From Octopus bimaculoides (lineage: Eukaryota): a stretch of DNA of 64,000 nucleotides. The stretch is from positions 69,433,860 through 69,497,859 of the forward strand of contig NC_068990.1 in NCBI RefSeq assembly GCF_001194135.2. The letters are read 5' to 3'. Positions 59,826 through 64,000 of the stretch are shown here, piece by piece. The notes under the pieces are model-generated. The model searched no databases. It was given only the letters and a program-made list of their open reading frames with translations, and was not told the origin of the DNA. The position numbers and the translations under genes are program-made. The first letter of the stretch is position 1; every line of letters starts with the position of its first letter.

Positions 59826-60366
59826 TTGCATCTTGCAACTTTCCTAACGCCAACCACTCCAAGAGTGCAGTGGGCGCTTTTACTTGCCACCGGCACGAAG
59901 GCCAGTCAGGCAGTACTTGAATGGTACTTATTTTTTCAACCCCAAATGGAGGAAAGACAAAGTTGATCTTGGCAGATTTTGAACTCAGAACATGAAGATG
60001 GATAAAACGTCACAAAGTATTTTGCCCAGCATGCTAATGATTCTGCCAGTTCACCACCTTCACTATAGAGAAATATTATCTTTGAAGAGTATGAGGCTTT
60101 GATGACCGGAAGCATATCTGGTCATAGAAGGATCTACCTCATTAAACTGTCTGACCCATGCAAACATGGAAAAGTGGATGTTAAAACAACAATGATGGAT
60201 ATATCTTTTAAATTCCAGCCATCTTCATATCTATGACACATTTATTTTTATCATTATCCAAAAACCTATAACTTCCTTTCATTAAATCCAGTAAATTCAT
60301 TTATTAAAACATTTGACACAAATTCTCTTTATGAAACTATAAACTCTCTTCTCTTATTTATTGCAG

Positions 60367-60519
60367 ATAACATTGAATTTGACCCAAACCACATGATGGG
60401 ATATCAGCCCAAACAGGTTCCTACTGCACCATTCCTTTCTTCCCATCAGTTACCTGTTGATGAAGACGATTACCTTCAACCAAAGTCATCAAATCCAGCA
60501 GCCTACATTGATTTTAATG
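60367..60519 (+). CDS. EGFR: EGFR exon 25, C-tail
   Basis: cag|AT...G|gtaac; NIEFDPNHMMGYQPKQ...LPVDEDDYLQPKSSNPAAYIDFN; phase 1-1. Confidence 0.88.
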
Positions 60520-60820
60520 GTAACATTTGTGGTTGTTATTTGTGTGTGTGTTGTTTCAAGTGTAAGGTGTGCGATTATTGTTCGGATTATTGTTCTATAG
60601 GTGAGAGCAGTTGAGTTAAGTGACAGTGGAATGTGGAAACAAGGAGAGAGAGTGTGTGCTTGTGTGAGAGAGATGGGGGAGGGGGAGATATGTACAGTGA
60701 TGGAAGATAGAACAGGACAGAATAATAAAGGAAGTGGAGTGATGGTGTGAGATTGACAGCAATGTGAGGTTGAGATATATGCAGTTGTAATACAATGTTG
60801 ATTATATTATATATATATAT

Positions 60821-60851
<31 letters not shown>

Positions 60852-61215
60852 TGGGTGAGAGAGTTGGTGTGAATTAATATTTTTGAGTTCTTTAAGGATG
60901 TCCTCATTTGTAATTTTAGCTGATGTATTTGTCTTCTGTGGCATTTTCGATCTCACATGTTTTAATATATGTGGGTGAGAGAGTTGGTATGTGAAAGCAT
61001 GTGGTTGGATGTATAAAACACAAAATGGAATGAAAAAACTACAGAAGATTTGTATTATATGGTTAAAAACATATTAAAATCATCATGTTAGGAAAATGAT
61101 ATAAAATTTTGTGTATAGTGGCATTGTTTTCGGAGAAAGTTGGGTCATGGGGCAGTAGTGCCTGGTATGTGGTGTGCTTCTTATCCTAGTGTTGTTCTGT
61201 GTTGTTATGTAGTAA

Positions 61216-61438
61216 CCCTTTAGCATTCAGATTACTCAGTTAAATGCAATGCCTATTTATTCACATTGTTTTGAATTAACCATGCAATATCTTGTAGCTT
61301 CCAGATTTTGATGATGTCATTGTTTATTTTTAGAATGACATTGTAGGGTAGGTGTGAGAGGCGAGATCTGGTTTGCTTGAACATGAAACTGGTAGAATAT
61401 TTTGGTCAGATTTTGGTTGGTCTAAATGCTAAATTAGG
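61216..61438. mobile_element. TTAA-type MITE
   Basis: CCCTTTAGCATT ... AATGCTAAA(TT)AGG|TTAA; homologous to 12660-12882 and 7975-8122. Confidence 0.72.
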
Positions 61439-61528
61439 TTAATTCACAACTCTAAGTACTGCCACAATTAAATATTAATTAACTCTAAAAGTAAAACTTC
61501 ATTATTTGTTATTGTTATTGTTTTACAG

Positions 61529-61791
61529 ATACTTACAAGAATAATTATGAACCAACAAATGATGAATTAATGAAAGACATTCTTGGAGCTACCACAATGG
61601 CTTCTGTAGAAAATCCTGAATATTTTGAACAGAACAATACAACTGATCATCTTCCTGGGGCAAGTGACAGTTTCCAAAAAGGGAATGATAATGACATTCC
61701 TTACTACAATGATATTTCCAAATTGGAGAAAGGACCTCAGGTTCTAAAGTCATTAGTACCAGATGATAACACCTCAGAAACCAAAGTTTGA
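61529..61791 (+). CDS. EGFR: EGFR exon 26, terminal coding exon with stop
   Basis: cag|AT; TYKNNYEP...ASVENPEYFEQ...IPYYND...NTSETKV-TGA. Confidence 0.91.
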
Positions 61792-62832
61792 TCTTTGATT
61801 CCAAAATAGAAATTACAACAACTATCACAACCAAAAAGACAATTCTCTTTTAGCTGAAGCCATCTTATTTTAAATGCCAGCTGTCTGAATCTTAGTTCCA
61901 TTGAAACTAAGATCAAATTTGAAACCAGATGACATCCTTAATCATTGCCTGATTAGCAATATGAAATGCATAATTAAAATTACATATACTTCATTGGTCT
62001 TTGATGTAAAAAAAAAGAAAATTATAAAGTGTGTGTGTGTATTTGTGTGTGTGTGTATTTGTGTGTGTGTGTATTTGTGTGTGTGTGTGTGTGAATGAGT
62101 GTATCTATGTATCCGTGTGTTTGCATATAAATTAAAGATATTTGTCATTCCTGGTCCGACAGCTGAACTCTATATCTCTCCAGTCATTTTCCTTAAAATG
62201 GAAATGATAGTAAAAGAAAAGAAACACAAGTTACCAATAGTTCATCATATGCTTCAAGTAATTGTTTTTAGTTGTGAAATGGTTTTAATTTTTAATGCCT
62301 GTGGAAACTATGAATTAGTTTCAATTAAATGCAACCCATTTGAGATAATCTCTGAAACTAGGGATTGTCTTGGAGATAGATCTTACTTTAACAGGGATCA
62401 TTAAAATGACAGCCCCTATATGTATATATATGTTAGAGGGAGCAAGAAACTATAAATCAGTTTCTCTGTTTGGGCCATTATGAAAACTGTTTTTGTATGA
62501 TAAGAGTGTCCTTAGACCAAGTCTATCTTTCTGGGACAAACTATCAAAATTAACACACCCACCCCAATAGACAGCAAGAATGTTACATTGTTGACATGAT
62601 GGAGATATGAAAAGATTCTCCAAAGAGCATTTTCTCTGCCTTGATTTAAAATTATTGCAGTCTAGTTTCACTATAAATGCTGCGTTGTCTACCAAGGCTT
62701 GACAGGGCCATTTAAGAGCATTTATCTATAAATGTTCATATTATATACACAGAGTCTATCTTTTTTTTGTTATTTTTTGTTTGTTTGTTTGTTTGTTTTT
62801 TTTTATATGCCTTCGTGAATGAATAGTTGGAT

Positions 62833-62904
62833 GTTTGAGCTCAAAGTTCAAGCAGATGGTCGTTTGAGCTGAAAGTTCAAGCAGATGGTCGTTTGAGCTG
62901 AAAG
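62833..62904. repeat. 29-bp tandem repeat, 2.5 copies
   Basis: GTTTGAGCT(C/G)AAAGTTCAAGCAGATGGTC units. Confidence 0.9.
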
Positions 62905-63308
62905 AGTTAACTCAGTGGGCCAACCACTAGTTTAGTGAACCTACAAACTGTTTTTCACTATGGAACATATCTTACCCACCAATTTTCATAAATCAGAATT
63001 AACTACCTTGAGTCAGAAATTTAGGTTACCTTCCTTTGTATCCATAAAGTGAGGAAGGCCATTTTACACCTTCCATGTCCATAATTTGAAGTCAGTTATC
63101 CTCTCACTGCTATGTCTTTGAATTTGTGTCATCAATTTAGCATAGTTTCTAAACAACACCATCGCTTCATCAAACCTCACTCTATGGAATTTTCCCCCTT
63201 AATAACTAAATAACTCCACTTTTATAACATCAAATTATTGTCCTCATTTATAGAACATTTTACTAAATTTCATCAAGGAAATTTTGTCCAAATAATAATA
63301 ATAATAAT

Positions 63309-63318
63309 AATAAATAAA
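63309..63318 (+). promoter_or_regulatory. candidate polyadenylation signals (overlapping AATAAA) for the EGFR 3' UTR
   Basis: Two overlapping AATAAA about 1.5 kb after the stop, followed by a T-rich stretch; AT-richness makes chance hits common. Confidence 0.35.
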
Positions 63319-63732
63319 ATATAATATCAAATTCTTTTTCTGTTTTACATCTAGTTTAACTGTTTCCCAGAGAAATAATTTTTGTAGAAATTATTTCATT
63401 ATGATTTTAAAAAAAAAAATTTTTTTTTTACTTAAAATGAAAGCTTTCTCTTTATTATTGTCGAAAACTTTTTTTTATTTAATATGATTGTTTTTTTATA
63501 CATATGTGATACACAATAGAATCTGTTTAGGCAATCATGTGATGCCTTTTCTTAAATACACATATGGTCATAAGAAAGCAGTGGAAAGAAAAACTAGAAA
63601 GAGGAGAAACATCACACTTATTAGCAAACATAATTTCAGTATAGGGGAACATTACAGACTGGATGCATATGTTATGATTCTTTACAAATTTTTCCCCCCA
63701 CAACTGAGTTGTTTCATTGCTCAAATTTTGCA

Positions 63733-63900
63733 TAGGCAAACGTGAATGATAAGAAGTTTGCTTACCAACCATATGGGTCCGAGATCAGTCCCACTGCATG
63801 GTACCTTCAGCAAGTGTCTTCTACTATAAACCCTTGCTGACCAAAGCCTTGTGAGTAGATTTGGTAGATGGTAGATGGAAAATGAAAAAGAAGTCTGTTT
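63733..63900 (+). mobile_element. SINE family B, 5' half
   Basis: AAGAAGTTTGCTTACCAACCA...CTTCTACTATA...GTGAGTAGATTTGGTAG. Confidence 0.75.
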
Positions 63901-63960
63901 TGTGGGCATGTGTTTGTGTGTGTGTGTATATATATATATATGATTTGTATATATATAATA

Positions 63961-64000
<40 letters not shown>

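Larger units (their letters stand above)
1678..61791 (+). other. EGFR: EGFR/ErbB receptor tyrosine kinase gene, 26 coding exons, 5' incomplete (signal-peptide exon upstream of window)
   Basis: All exons have GT-AG boundaries with compatible phases; summed CDS is 4130 nt (2 nt of a split codon + 1376 codons including stop). The translation follows the ErbB domain order L1-CR1-L2-CR2(+V)-TM-kinase-tail. Confidence 0.96.

Noticed and set aside
62450-62695. 81-aa minus-strand ORF in the presumed 3' UTR
   Set aside because: No recognisable motif or splice context; its length is compatible with chance.

Overview
AT-rich, repeat-dense animal genomic DNA with eight N-gaps. The SINE families and microsatellite load look like Octopus (a coleoid cephalopod); this is an inference. 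The window holds almost all of one epidermal growth factor receptor (EGFR/ErbB) gene on the + strand. I traced 26 GT-AG exons (1678-61791) whose phases all join into about 1376 codons: L1, furin-like CR1, L2, an extended CR2 plus invertebrate domain V, the TM helix, an intact tyrosine kinase and a C-tail ending ETKV*. The signal-peptide exon lies upstream of the window. The introns hold decayed mobile DNA: R4/Dong-like RLE LINEs sitting in (TAA)n tracts, RTE-like LINE pieces, a doubly deleted Gypsy element, Tc1 and mariner transposons, a hAT end, a Helitron helicase relic, a Helentron-type element, TA- and TTAA-flanked MITEs, Penelope-like termini and several tRNA-derived SINE families. The most interesting unexplained signals are a possible three-exon antisense unit straddling EGFR exon 23, decayed minimal hammerhead ribozyme motifs, a near-perfect 206-bp palindrome, a duplicated tRNA-like unit and microsatellite-targeted LINE stacking. 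All calls were made by eye, without database searches; repeat boundaries are approximate.
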